DNA from: Victivallis vadensis
GTDB taxonomy: Bacteria; Verrucomicrobiota; Kiritimatiellia; UBA8416; CAMCYG01
Reading direction: 5' to 3'
DNA length: 64,000 nucleotides
NCBI GenBank assembly: GCA_945883775.1
Contig: CAMCYG010000001.1
Coordinates: 606-64,605, forward strand
Shown here: in pieces, positions 43,790 through 53,646 of the stretch
How positions within the stretch are numbered: the stretch's first letter is position 1
Layout: every line of letters starts with the position of its first letter
Notes under the pieces: model-generated
What the model was told of the DNA's origin: nothing
What the model saw: only the letters and a program-made list of their open reading frames with translations
Database searches by the model: none
Position numbers and translations under genes: made by a program

Positions 43790-44425
43790 TCAGTGGATGA
43801 AGCTGAAGAACGTTTTGGCTTCACGTTCCGGCGGGGTGATCGACCCTTTACCGTGCTCAACCAGTTTCATCAGCCAGGCCATGTTCTTACCGAGAACCCG
43901 CATGATCTGCACACCCTCGACATCCTGGTTAACCTCTCCCGGTGCCCGCCCGTGGATCACGTTCCAGTAGTTCGAGGTCGGCATCAGCATTTCGGCATAG
44001 TTGAGAAAGTTATTCAGCTGCCCGAAGGTCGGCACTCCGCCCGAACGCCGCACGGCAACCACGGCTGCGCCAACCTTGTGACGGAGCATGGCATCATTGA
44101 CACCAGTCACGAAGAAAGCGCGATCCAGAAACGATTTCATGGTTCCGGCGATGGCCGAATAGTGCACCGGCGAGCCAAGGATGATGCCGTCTGCCTGCTT
44201 CATCTTCTGGATCCACTCATTGACCTCGTCACCCGGCAGCACGCACTGCTCATTCTTGTTTTTCACGCACTGGTAGCAGGCAATACAACCCCTGATCATC
44301 TTATTGCCGACGTGCACGATCTCGGTCTCGATTGCCTCCTTCTCCAGTTCCGCCGTTACCATCTGCAGAGCCTGGAAGGTATTTCCCTCCCTATTCGGGC
44401 TGCCGTTAAACGCGACGACTTTCAT
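43790..44425 (-). CDS. NADPH-dependent FMN reductase/iron-sulfur flavoprotein family
   Basis: MKVVAFNGSPNREGNT flavodoxin-like start after AAGGAGAAAC. Compact Cys motif CIACYQCVKNKNEQC (CX2CX2CX7C). Confidence 0.8.
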   Translation of the reverse strand: MKVVAFNGSPNREGNTFQALQMVTAELEKEAIETEIVHVGNKMIRGCIACYQCVKNKNEQCVLPGDEVNEWIQKMKQADGIILGSPVHYSAIAGTMKSFLDRAFFVTGVNDAMLRHKVGAAVVAVRRSGGVPTFGQLNNFLNYAEMLMPTSNYWNVIHGRAPGEVNQDVEGVQIMRVLGKNMAWLMKLVEHGKGSITPPEREAKTFFSFIH

Positions 44426-44435
44426 AGTTTCTCCT

Positions 44436-45578
44436 TTATTTGACAAATCGGATGACGCTGTAGCCGCGCCGGGCAATAATGGTGGTTTCAGTAAAACAGG
44501 TTTTAATACATTCATCAAGACCTGGGGCAGTCTTGGCAACAAGCATCCCCACCCCGCCAGGCTTCAAAACATGACGGGCTGTCTGTACAAAGAGTTCAGC
44601 AATGCGGAAGTCTGAATAGTAAGGCGGGTTGCCGACAAACAGATCCATGCCCTTGTCGTCGATTCCGGAGTCCGACAGCACTAGCGAATGCCCCTTCAGG
44701 CCCAGCGCATCCAGATTCTGTTTTGTTATCTCAATCGCGCGACTCTGTGAATCCACAAATGTCACCTTCGCTTCGGGATTCGCCCTGGCGAGCAGAATAC
44801 CTACGAGCCCACAGCCGCACCCCATGTCCACGATTTTAGTTTTAAGCTTGGCGATTTGTGATTCTTCTTTAGCCGCCACCTCCGCTAGAGCCAGGCCGCC
44901 CATGTCAGGACGGCGATGACAGAAGACACCAGGCAGTGACGCTAGCGTAATCGGCACCAGGCCCGGCAGTGATGCAGGGAACTTCGCGCGGAAATTCCGG
45001 CGCTTTTCCAAGGGACGTGTCTTTTTCGCCAGGACACAGATAAACCCCTTTTGGTCGACTTCAGCAGAGGCCTTCCCAAAGACTTGACGGATCTGCTTCA
45101 TGAATGCGCCTATGTCGCCTTCGTACGCGATCCAGCACGTCCCGCCCATCGCCATACGTTCATGAATATCTTCCAGCTGATCGAGCATCAGTTCCGAAGT
45201 AGTGGTCGCATCCGTGCCTGAAAAAAAGACAAGATCAAACGGTTGCTCTGGAATCCGTGCGGAACAGGTGACCTTTACTGCCTTTCCCGCATTAGACGCA
45301 ATATTGCGCTCCATTTTTTTTGTGTGGTGCACATCAACAGCATGACACATCACCTGCGCGGAGGGCCAGCGGTTCGCCACGACCATGGCCAGCACACCTG
45401 TACGGCTTCCTGTAACAAGCACCTGAGCAGGAGCCCCTTCAATGCCCTTGAGCCGCTCAATCAACGTGGCTTCTGTACGATGCAACCCCGAGCGAGAGAT
45501 CACACTCACGCTCTTATCAAGAAAGGTCTGCTTTTTAGCTTCCTTTTCAGGAATATCTGTAATTTTAAATGTGACCAT
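44436..45578 (-). CDS. two-domain SAM-dependent methyltransferase, RsmC/RlmG-like
   Basis: C-terminal domain carries VDMGCGCGLVGILLA (motif I) and GNPPYY (the NPPY motif of N-methylases). Confidence 0.75.
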   Translation of the reverse strand: MVTFKITDIPEKEAKKQTFLDKSVSVISRSGLHRTEATLIERLKGIEGAPAQVLVTGSRTGVLAMVVANRWPSAQVMCHAVDVHHTKKMERNIASNAGKAVKVTCSARIPEQPFDLVFFSGTDATTTSELMLDQLEDIHERMAMGGTCWIAYEGDIGAFMKQIRQVFGKASAEVDQKGFICVLAKKTRPLEKRRNFRAKFPASLPGLVPITLASLPGVFCHRRPDMGGLALAEVAAKEESQIAKLKTKIVDMGCGCGLVGILLARANPEAKVTFVDSQSRAIEITKQNLDALGLKGHSLVLSDSGIDDKGMDLFVGNPPYYSDFRIAELFVQTARHVLKPGGVGMLVAKTAPGLDECIKTCFTETTIIARRGYSVIRFVK

Positions 45579-45616
45579 TCAATGCTGTCCTTGCCTATCG
45601 CCAGACGACACAGGCA

Positions 45617-45853
45617 TTAACCAATATATTCAAACCGCTTGATGATTCTGCCGTCTCTTTCTATTTCTTCGAAAAACATCGGCAGTGGTCGTATCCATTG
45701 GCCCCCTTCCCCGTAAAGAGCCCTGTAAATCACATACTCCTCCAGGGTTTCAGAATGCTTTGCGGTTCCAATGACCTCGTACTCGTTGCCCTTGAAATGC
45801 CTGTATCTACCCAATTGAATATCAGTCTTCTTGGTGTTCATATATTCAGTCAA
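45617..45853 (-). CDS. DUF1653-family protein
   Basis: GRYRHFKGNEYEVIGTAKHSETLEEYVIYRALYGEGGQWIRPLPMF matches the DUF1653 pattern. Confidence 0.8.
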   Translation of the reverse strand: MTEYMNTKKTDIQLGRYRHFKGNEYEVIGTAKHSETLEEYVIYRALYGEGGQWIRPLPMFFEEIERDGRIIKRFEYIG

Positions 45854-45947
45854 TCTATTTCCTGCAAACTATTCGCATGCCGGAATTGAATCAAGCTTTC
45901 TTTCTCTTTGCTTGAAGGCCGTGAGCCGGTTAAAGTGCTATCGGAAT

Positions 45948-47390
45948 ATGAACACCATTGCGCTAGTAGCCATAAACGCCCGGTACAGCCATGCCAGCCT
46001 CGGCATGCGCTGTCTTCGCGCCAATTTAGGCCATTTACGAGACAGCTCCATCCTGCTGGAGTTCAACCTACAGGAGACAACATCTTTCATTACTGATAAG
46101 ATAATGGCACAACAGCCGGCACTGATTGCAATCGGCGTTTACATCTGGAACCGCCTGCAGGTGGAAGCACTGGTAAAAAACCTTAAATCAATTGCTCCCG
46201 AAATCCCGATAGTGCTGGGCGGACCGGAAATAAGCTATGACTCAGGATCCGAACTTGCCGCATCAGTGGATTGTGTGGTCTGTGGCGAAGCGGATCTTTT
46301 ATTCGGCAGTATCTGCGAGAAGCTGCTTGCTGGCCAGTCGGCACCAGCGGTTATTGCGTCTACCCGGCCTGATCTGAAAGATGTCGCCCTGCCCTACAAC
46401 GAGTATAGCGATCACGATCTCGCAAAACGTATCGTATATACGGAAACCAGCCGAGGCTGTGCTTACGGCTGTGAATACTGCATTTCCTCCATCAATCCCG
46501 GAATCCGGCACTTTCCACTGGATAGACTGCTCCCGGAATTCAGCCAACTTCTTGACCGCGGAGCCATGAGGTTCAAGTTCGTTGACCGCAGCTTCAATCT
46601 GGCACTCGACCACGCCTGCGCAGTATTGGACTTTTTTCTTGCCCGATGGAAATCAGGCATGTGCCTCCATCTTGAAATGACGCCTGATCGACTGCCCACT
46701 GAATTACGTGAGCGCATTCTCGCGTTCCCGCCTGGCGGACTTCACATCGAGGTGGGAATACAGACCTTTAACAAGGAAGTAGCCACCCGCGTTGGACGCA
46801 AGGCTGACCTTGAAGCTGCGGCAGAAGGCATAAGATTTCTCATCGACATCGCCAAAGCCGATGTGCATGCGGATTTGATTGCAGGCTTACCAGGCGAAAC
46901 GCCGGAATCATTCGAAGCAGGAATTGACAAGCTGATCGCACTGCATCCCACGGAAATACAAGTTGGCATCTTGAAGCGACTTCACGGCGCCCCTATTGCA
47001 AGACATGAGCAAGAATGGGCGATGCATTTCCGCACAACCCCGCCTTATGACATTCTATCCACCAGCACGATGGATGAAGCCTATCTGCAGAATATCAGAC
47101 GCTTTGCCATGCATTGGGACCGCATCGTAAACCGGCAATGGTTTCCAAGCACTATCCCCCTGATACTCGAAGACCAGTCTTCGCCTTTTAAGGCCTTTGA
47201 CCAACTGAGCCGTCAGATAGAAAAAGCTCTGGGCCTGTCAGGATTCGGAATGATAGAAACCGCCCGCATAGTGTTGGAATATTTAACAGCGACCAGCAGT
47301 CATTCTGCTGCAGAGGCACGCACGAAATTACGTAATGATTATCTCGCAGGAGGCCGACGAATAAACGTACCGACTTTTCTGCGGGACTGA
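45948..47390 (+). CDS. B12-binding-domain radical SAM protein (DUF4080-type)
   Basis: MNTIALVAINARYSHASLGMRCL start. CxxxCxxC cluster SRGCAYGCEYC. Confidence 0.85.
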   Translation: MNTIALVAINARYSHASLGMRCLRANLGHLRDSSILLEFNLQETTSFITDKIMAQQPALIAIGVYIWNRLQVEALVKNLKSIAPEIPIVLGGPEISYDSGSELAASVDCVVCGEADLLFGSICEKLLAGQSAPAVIASTRPDLKDVALPYNEYSDHDLAKRIVYTETSRGCAYGCEYCISSINPGIRHFPLDRLLPEFSQLLDRGAMRFKFVDRSFNLALDHACAVLDFFLARWKSGMCLHLEMTPDRLPTELRERILAFPPGGLHIEVGIQTFNKEVATRVGRKADLEAAAEGIRFLIDIAKADVHADLIAGLPGETPESFEAGIDKLIALHPTEIQVGILKRLHGAPIARHEQEWAMHFRTTPPYDILSTSTMDEAYLQNIRRFAMHWDRIVNRQWFPSTIPLILEDQSSPFKAFDQLSRQIEKALGLSGFGMIETARIVLEYLTATSSHSAAEARTKLRNDYLAGGRRINVPTFLRD

Positions 47391-47417
47391 TACGAACCCA
47401 GCAAAAAGCACCGCACC

Positions 47418-47708
47418 TTATTTTGCCGCTAACGGAATTTCTGATTCTTTCAAAGTACGCGATATATACTTGCCCGTTTTAGCATCCCGCCAAACCATTA
47501 GAACTGGAGTTTCCACTTCACTCTCCGACTCAACTGCGACAACTTGAGGCTCTACGGCTACCGAAGCAGCTTGAACAGTACCGCTAACCACAGGCTCCAT
47601 AATCGACGCATGAGAAATTTGATGATCCGATACAATTGCCGCAAGCGAAATCGAACCGATTAACAGCGTTAACAATATTGCGTATCCAGCCAAATATCTT
47701 GATGTCAT
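47418..47708 (-). CDS. small membrane-anchored hypothetical protein
   Basis: ATG 47708 follows AAGGAG. N-terminal anchor YLAGYAILLTLLIGSISLAAIV. Confidence 0.5.
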   Translation of the reverse strand: MTSRYLAGYAILLTLLIGSISLAAIVSDHQISHASIMEPVVSGTVQAASVAVEPQVVAVESESEVETPVLMVWRDAKTGKYISRTLKESEIPLAAK

Positions 47709-47903
47709 TATATGCTCCTTTTTTTGCATGCTTGGTATATGCAGTAACCGTGCCAACACATCCTAATACCATTTACACGTTGACAAACAAGCACTTACAA
47801 ATCAAAAAGCACTCTAAGGAAGATCGGAGTGGTGTATCGTTTCGATCCACTTAATCAAATGCATGAATCAATATGTTACAGTGGTACGAAATTACTCCTG
47901 ACT

Positions 47904-49262
47904 TTAATTCCGCATACTGGTCACTGGCGCAGGGAACCTGCCACCACGCCGCATGAAGTCTCTGGCTGAAAAACGGCTTACCCGCATGATGGGAACATCA
48001 CCTAATAAGCCGCCGAAACGGACTAGGTCGCCGGCTTTCTTTCCGGGAACAGGAATAACACGAACCGCTGTTGTTTTATTATTAATGACACCGATAGCAA
48101 GTTCGTCAGCGATTATTGCATTTATGGTCTCTACCGGAGTGTTTCCCGGAATTCCAAACATATCAAGGCCTACCGAGCACACAGCCGTCAGTGACTCAAG
48201 CTTATCCAGCGATAGCGCACCGGCCAGGACCGCCTCAATCATGCCACGGTCCTCACTCACAGGAATGAATGTTCCAGAGAGTCCCCCGATATTTCCGCTC
48301 GCCATTGCTCCGCCCTTCTTGACAGCGTCCATGAGCAGTGCCACCGCACAGGTTGAACCATGCGCACCTACACGTTCAATACCGAAGCTTTCCAAAATAC
48401 GCGCCACGGAATCACCTGCCGCCGTAGTTGACGCAAGCGAAATGTCAACTATGCCGAACGGTATTCCAAGATTCCGGGCCAACTCACGACCGACAAGCTC
48501 ACCTGCCCGCGTGATCTTGAAGGTTGTTTTCTTTATAACCTCGGAAAGCTCGGTGAAATTACAATCGCGATTCTTCTCCACAACGCTCCGCACAACACCA
48601 GGCCCGCTGATACCTACATTCAGCGTATAATCCGGCTCACCCACCCCGTGAAAAGCACCAGCCATAAACGGATTATCCTCTGGCGCATTGACAAAAACCA
48701 CAAACTTGGCACAGCCGATCGCATTCTTGCTTCTTTTCGCCGTATCCTTGAGCATGGGCCCGATCATATTAATAGCATCAATATTGAGACCAGCGACATT
48801 GGATCCAACATTCAAGAAAGAGCAGACTCTATCAGTCTTCGAAAGTACCTCGGGAAGCGCTGCAATCAAAACCGCATCTGACTTCGTCAGTCCTTTCTGG
48901 ATGAGAGCCCCGAACCCGCCCACAAAACTTATCCCGGCTTTCTTTGCCGCGCGATCGATCGTCTTCGCCATGGCAAGATATTTGGCCACGGTCGCGTGCG
49001 TTTCCATGATCAGACTTACCGGCGTGATGGCAATGCGCTTATTGACAATTGGCACGCCGTACTTGGATTCCAGCTTTGCCGCTTCGGCCATCAGCCGTCG
49101 ACCGTTCACATAAATGCGCTCATATACGTTACGCTTGAACCTCTCAAAGTCGGAATGAACACAATCCTTCAGATTTATCCCAAGTGTAGTAGTCCTGATA
49201 TCAAAGTTCTGATACAGGGTCATTTTGGCTGTTTCGTAGACTTCATCGACAGTAATAGACAT
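47904..49262 (-). CDS. UPF0210/DUF711 (PFL-like) family protein
   Basis: MSITVDEVYETAKMTLYQNFDIRTTTLGINL start, 452 aa, paired with an upstream ACT gene as is usual for this family. Confidence 0.85.
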   Translation of the reverse strand: MSITVDEVYETAKMTLYQNFDIRTTTLGINLKDCVHSDFERFKRNVYERIYVNGRRLMAEAAKLESKYGVPIVNKRIAITPVSLIMETHATVAKYLAMAKTIDRAAKKAGISFVGGFGALIQKGLTKSDAVLIAALPEVLSKTDRVCSFLNVGSNVAGLNIDAINMIGPMLKDTAKRSKNAIGCAKFVVFVNAPEDNPFMAGAFHGVGEPDYTLNVGISGPGVVRSVVEKNRDCNFTELSEVIKKTTFKITRAGELVGRELARNLGIPFGIVDISLASTTAAGDSVARILESFGIERVGAHGSTCAVALLMDAVKKGGAMASGNIGGLSGTFIPVSEDRGMIEAVLAGALSLDKLESLTAVCSVGLDMFGIPGNTPVETINAIIADELAIGVINNKTTAVRVIPVPGKKAGDLVRFGGLLGDVPIMRVSRFSARDFMRRGGRFPAPVTSMRN

Positions 49263-49266
49263 AGTG

Positions 49267-49545
49267 TTACACCCTGTGCATCATCTTAAAAATGTTTTCA
49301 TGTTGAAGCTGTATTCTCAGGTTCAAATCCCTTCCGATCTTCTCAAGCTCTGAACGCAGCTGATCAATTGGAATTCGCATACCGGCTATGTTGATCAGCA
49401 TGGTCATGACAAAATGCTTTTCCATGATCTGCTGGGCAATATCCTCGATATTAACATCGCGCTTATAAAGAAGATTCGAAATCTTCGCGACAATGCCTTT
49501 CTTGTCGATTCCGATCACGGTGATAAACGAGAGCTCTTTCTTCAT
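49267..49545 (-). CDS. ACT-domain protein (UPF0237)
   Basis: FITVIGIDKKGIVAKISNLL ACT fold start. Sits 4 nt upstream of the UPF0210 gene. Confidence 0.85.
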   Translation of the reverse strand: MKKELSFITVIGIDKKGIVAKISNLLYKRDVNIEDIAQQIMEKHFVMTMLINIAGMRIPIDQLRSELEKIGRDLNLRIQLQHENIFKMMHRV

Positions 49546-49673
49546 AATATTCTCCTATACTGCATTACACTCACAGTCGACCCAGGGACCGACCAACAAA
49601 AAGGTCTCAGAACATGGACCGAAAGACAAGCTCGACTTTAACTCTTACGATTCAGTACGGTTCAACTGAAGAT

Positions 49674-49696
49674 CCGGTGTGGACACCGGAACTACA
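49674..49696 (+). repeat. repeat family A hairpin (diverged)
   Basis: ccggtgtggacaccggaactacat. Confidence 0.6.
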
Positions 49697-49908
49697 TTTA
49701 AGAATGACTGGGTGGAGGCCACAATCCTAATCAGGGCTCTACCTTGACTGACTACCGCCCCCCAGAGGGACGGGCTTCTGCACGTCCCTCTCGTCTTCTT
49801 GCAACAATCGATTTACGCATCTGCACGCAGACATGACAAAACATATAGACATGTCTCAAGCAGTTGTACTATGGTTACATCATTATTTTTTAACACAGAA
49901 AGGGCATC

Positions 49909-51240
49909 ATGATCACATCCCGTAGGAGCTTCATTAAAGCCGCGTCCTCGCTGTCACTTGCTCCATTCATTCTACCTTCCAGAGTATGGTCGGCCGAGAC
50001 CTCACCCAACAGTCAACCTGGCATGGGCTTCATCGGCATGGGCACACAAGCACAAGGACTCCTTAATAACTTTCTAAGGCAGGACGTCCAGATACTAGCA
50101 GTATGCGACGTTGACGCAACACGCAGGGCCGCCGCAAAAAAGAATGTCAGCCAATATTACAAACAAAATCCGACCCAAGGTCCTGAAGACTGCAAAGAAT
50201 ACAACGATTTCCGCGAATTGCTTGCGCGCAAGGATATCGATATCGTCTGCATCGCCACACCTGACCACTGGCATGCGATTATAACGCTGGCAGCCTTACG
50301 CTCAGGAAAGGATGTATACTGCGAGAAACCGCTGACCCATAATATCCACGAGGCCATCGAAGTGATGAAGGCTGTTGACGAGAATAAGCGTGTCCTGCAG
50401 ACCGGCTCAATGCAGCGCTCAGCCAAGGAATTCCGAATCGCCTGCGAACTTGTTCAGAACGGATGTATCGGCAAAATAGAGCGGGTAGAATGCCAGTTTG
50501 GAGACCCTGGAATACCCTGCGATTTAGCCGAAGAAACAATGGAGCCTGGACTGGACTGGGATATGTGGCTTGGCCCTGCACCAAAACGCGCTTATAATTC
50601 CATCCTCAGTCCACGCGGCGTTCACAATCACTTTCCCAAATGGCGGACTTACCGTGAATTCGGAGGAGGCATGGTAACCGACTGGGGTGCACACCATCTT
50701 GATATCGCACAGTGGGGTCTGGGAATGGATAACAGCGGCCCTGTAGAAGTTCGTCCACCCGAACAAGCCGGCGCCAAGAGAGGCGCAATGCTCGTATATG
50801 CTAACGGCATTACAGTGACACATACGAACGGCTTTGGAATTGAATTCTTCGGCAGCGAAGGCAAGGTCGAGGTCAACCGCGGCAAGTTCACGTTCTCACG
50901 CGACGGCAAGACTATCGCCAAGTTCACAAACAAAGAGGACGGCACATCCTGTGCCGCACAGGTGCAGAAGGCCGAAAAAGAATTCCTCAAAGACGCAAAG
51001 ATAAAACTCTATGACAGCAAATCACACACAAACGACTTCATGGCTCGTATCATAGACCGTAAGAAGCCGATCACAAGCGAACAGGTGGGTGGCCGCTCTG
51101 CCATCTGCTGTCACCTGATGAATCAGGCATACTATAACGGCAAGAAGATGCTGTGGGATCCTGCCAAATTGGAATTCACCGGTGGCACGGGCGATCCGCA
51201 ATGGCTCACACGTGAATACCGCACTCCATGGAAGGTGTAG
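49909..51240 (+). CDS. Gfo/Idh/MocA-family oxidoreductase with TAT signal
   Basis: SRRSFIKAASSLSLAP twin-arginine signal. Rossmann GFIGMGTQA. EKPL motif CEKPLTHN. Confidence 0.9.
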   Translation: MITSRRSFIKAASSLSLAPFILPSRVWSAETSPNSQPGMGFIGMGTQAQGLLNNFLRQDVQILAVCDVDATRRAAAKKNVSQYYKQNPTQGPEDCKEYNDFRELLARKDIDIVCIATPDHWHAIITLAALRSGKDVYCEKPLTHNIHEAIEVMKAVDENKRVLQTGSMQRSAKEFRIACELVQNGCIGKIERVECQFGDPGIPCDLAEETMEPGLDWDMWLGPAPKRAYNSILSPRGVHNHFPKWRTYREFGGGMVTDWGAHHLDIAQWGLGMDNSGPVEVRPPEQAGAKRGAMLVYANGITVTHTNGFGIEFFGSEGKVEVNRGKFTFSRDGKTIAKFTNKEDGTSCAAQVQKAEKEFLKDAKIKLYDSKSHTNDFMARIIDRKKPITSEQVGGRSAICCHLMNQAYYNGKKMLWDPAKLEFTGGTGDPQWLTREYRTPWKV

Positions 51241-51402
51241 CCCGATGTTCTCTTAACGTAGCCCAGGAGGGCCACAACCAAAGAGTTTGCGACAGAATTT
51301 ACAGAATGCACAGAATGGTGAGATATTATTTTGTTAATTTTGTTCATTCTGTCAAAAATCTGCTCCGAAAAACAACCATTTTGACGGATAGTAGTACAGC
51401 TT
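51238..51402 (+). repeat. repeat family C, copy 3 (long form)
   Basis: Begins with the TAG stop codon of the oxidoreductase gene. See copies 1 and 2. Confidence 0.9.
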
Positions 51403-51562
51403 TTCGGCGGCTGTGAGAACATCGCTTGAGCCAAAAGGACTTATGGCTCAAGCTTCGACGCGGTGCTGATGCACCTTGTCCCTCGACTGTGCTCGGGACC
51501 ATGAGCCTGTCGAATGGCTCAGGGCTAGCCTTGCCTGCCCTTGCAAGGCTAGCTGAACACAA

Positions 51563-52153
51563 TCAGCTGAACCATTGCCGATGATAATCACCGCTGATTA
51601 CCTTCGAGACCAGTGCGTTAAATGCGGCTGCATCGCCGTAAACTGAAACAATATTCTCCATTGCTATGATCCTGCAATTTGGCGAAAGGCTCGGCCTGCC
51701 GTTGCTGACCCACGAAGCAAGAACCTTCTCTCTCACAACCAACACCCACTCTTGTGTCAACGCATAACTGTTTTCTTTGTAAACAACCTGTATTTTCTCA
51801 TCTGCTGATACTGGAATCTTCCGGTCCAGAATAGCGGTCATACTCCCGGTGATACGTTTCTCCTCACGTGCCGACACACATGGCCGCAGAAAACGCTTAT
51901 CGAACGATTCTCTATCCAGGCGATCAGCTCCCAATTTGGCCTCAATAGGCAGACATTTCCGCGAATCATGGATCAGAAGCCCCACATTGATCTTATGAGA
52001 GACATCAAAGCCGTACTGTCCGCATTTCACGAGAGGGATTTCCGGCACGGCAACCATATCTCCCTTCTCAATGCAAAACAGTTCACGTACCTTTACAGAT
52101 GAATTCAACATTTCAGCAATCAGCGCCTCCCCGATATGCGTTAATTCGATCAT
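51563..52153 (-). CDS. hypothetical protein, PD-(D/E)xK nuclease-like
   Basis: FDVSHKINVGLLIHDSRKCLPIEAKLG fits D...(D/E)xK spacing. No family recognised. Confidence 0.4.
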   Translation of the reverse strand: MIELTHIGEALIAEMLNSSVKVRELFCIEKGDMVAVPEIPLVKCGQYGFDVSHKINVGLLIHDSRKCLPIEAKLGADRLDRESFDKRFLRPCVSAREEKRITGSMTAILDRKIPVSADEKIQVVYKENSYALTQEWVLVVREKVLASWVSNGRPSLSPNCRIIAMENIVSVYGDAAAFNALVSKVISGDYHRQWFS

Positions 52154-52157
52154 GTAA

Positions 52158-52406
52158 TCAGACCCTTCCCTTATAATTAAAAAGCGACTTTATCGTCAAG
52201 CCGGCCTCAGGCCTGGCAGTATTAATCGCATTAAGAATCTTCATCTGGACATTCAGTGTTAACTGCCTGCCCTTACGGCCCTTTTGCACCATTTTGTGAG
52301 TCAGATGTTCCTTTGAGGCCCGGACCAGATCCGGGTTCGAAAGTGACAGTTGAACCATTATGTCGTCAAGCGGCTGCTTACCTAATTCCATATTCTCTTT
52401 ATTCAT
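52158..52406 (-). CDS. small hypothetical protein, XRE-like HTH suspected
   Basis: 82 aa. LSNPDLVRASKEHLTHKMVQKGRKGRQLTLNVQMKILNAI has HTH-like spacing. Ends 4 nt before the next gene. Confidence 0.4.
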   Translation of the reverse strand: MNKENMELGKQPLDDIMVQLSLSNPDLVRASKEHLTHKMVQKGRKGRQLTLNVQMKILNAINTARPEAGLTIKSLFNYKGRV

Positions 52407-52466
52407 AGTTACCCTTATATCACAATCCCTTTTAAGACTGGACTTTCTTTTAGACCGAACACCTAT

Positions 52467-53372
52467 TTACCGTAAAGAACGCTGACGATACACCATCGGA
52501 GACATGCCTGTTTTCTTATGAAACAGTCTGGAGAAATAGTATATCGATTCCATGCCCAGCTCTTCCGCTATCATTCCTACAGGCATATTGGTATTCTTTA
52601 ATAGGCCCTTTGCTTTGATAATCATGGCATCCAGCTCAAACTGCCTCGGAGAAAACCCTGTGTAAGTCTTAAACAGCCGCCTGAACACCGTAAAGCTGAG
52701 TTTAAGCTTTGATGCTATCTGATTGAGACTGAGGGTCCGCGCGTCACCATCCAGCAGCATCCGCTTGGCCTCTGCTATTATGTCTTCTACCGGTCGACCG
52801 ACCATCTGCATCTTCTTCTGTGATGAAAGCAAATACGCTATGAAATACACCACTTTGGCCCCAAGCAGGAGCTGATAGTCCGGCGGCTCCCTGCGGATCA
52901 GGTCAAATATACTCTTATATATCTGAATCAAGCCCGGATCGTATCCGACATTCATCACCGGCTTCTCCGGAGTGAATATCCTGTTCTTCATCAACCCATT
53001 GATGTATTCACCTGAAAACTCCAGCCAATATTCCGACCAGCCGGTCTTCATATCAGGCTTGTACCTGTGCCACACTCCTGGAAAAAGGACAAAAGCATCA
53101 CCAGCATTGATCTTGCATGTACCGCATACTGATGATTCAAAGACCCCGCTCCCGCTCTCAATATATAGGATCTGATAACGATTCAGTATGCGTCCTTTAT
53201 CCCAGGTAAAGTGATGATCAGACGGATGCTGATACGGCGGATATTGACAGTTCTTGGCCACCTTGGTGAAGCCAGCATTGGTCACATAGCTGCCCCATGC
53301 GACGGCCTCAGAACTGACCGGCATATACTTGAAATACGCAAGTTTATCGGAATGCTTCAGCTTTTTTCTCAT
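52467..53372 (-). CDS. AraC-family transcriptional regulator
   Basis: Cupin-like N-terminal domain plus the C-terminal dual HTH (FRRLFKTYTGFSPRQF, FSRLFHKKTGMSPMVYR). Start moved to MRKKLKHS because the listed N-terminal 71 codons are repeat sequence. Confidence 0.85.
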   Translation of the reverse strand: MRKKLKHSDKLAYFKYMPVSSEAVAWGSYVTNAGFTKVAKNCQYPPYQHPSDHHFTWDKGRILNRYQILYIESGSGVFESSVCGTCKINAGDAFVLFPGVWHRYKPDMKTGWSEYWLEFSGEYINGLMKNRIFTPEKPVMNVGYDPGLIQIYKSIFDLIRREPPDYQLLLGAKVVYFIAYLLSSQKKMQMVGRPVEDIIAEAKRMLLDGDARTLSLNQIASKLKLSFTVFRRLFKTYTGFSPRQFELDAMIIKAKGLLKNTNMPVGMIAEELGMESIYYFSRLFHKKTGMSPMVYRQRSLR

Positions 53373-53480
53373 CGCCGAAGTATATACAGCCACCAAAGGA
53401 TGAAACAAGAAAGATGTTTGATCTTTTCCCCTGTAGGAGTCGATCCCCGCATCGACGATTCTTCCGCCAACACGACATAC

Positions 53481-53603
53481 ATCGCCGATCAGGGGATCGG
53501 CTCCTACAATAAGCATGCCCCATTGTTGCTTCTCTTCACTGTGGGAGCCGATCACCATATCGGCGACTCTTTTCGATCGCCGCAAAGGGTTGCGGCTCCT
53601 AGA
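53481..53603. repeat. repeat family G (gatcggctcctacaa-type)
   Basis: atcgccgatcaggggatcggctcctacaa also occurs at 12775-12804. Internal partners are gggagccgatc and gcggctcctagaa. Confidence 0.7.
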
Positions 53604-53646
53604 ATAAGAATACCCAACCGAAGAAAGATAAGTCTAAGCTCAATTA

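Noticed and set aside
43793-44443. The 216-aa plus-strand ORF. Similar cases are 47953..48630, 57642..58298 and 60659..61345.
   Set aside because: Each is antisense to a confidently assigned minus-strand gene (flavoprotein, UPF0210, isomerase-family, rhaT) and has shadow-frame composition.
52407-52466. A C-box operator upstream of the small HTH gene.
   Set aside because: The segment agactggactttcttttagac has only partial symmetry and does not match the GACT-N3-AGTC type consensus I remember. It is left as something to test, not as a call.
53373-53585. The N-terminal 71 codons of the AraC-family ORF.
   Set aside because: They are encoded by family G repeat sequence (gatcggctcctacaa type), which also occurs at non-coding 12775-12804. 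AraC cupin domains do not need this extension.
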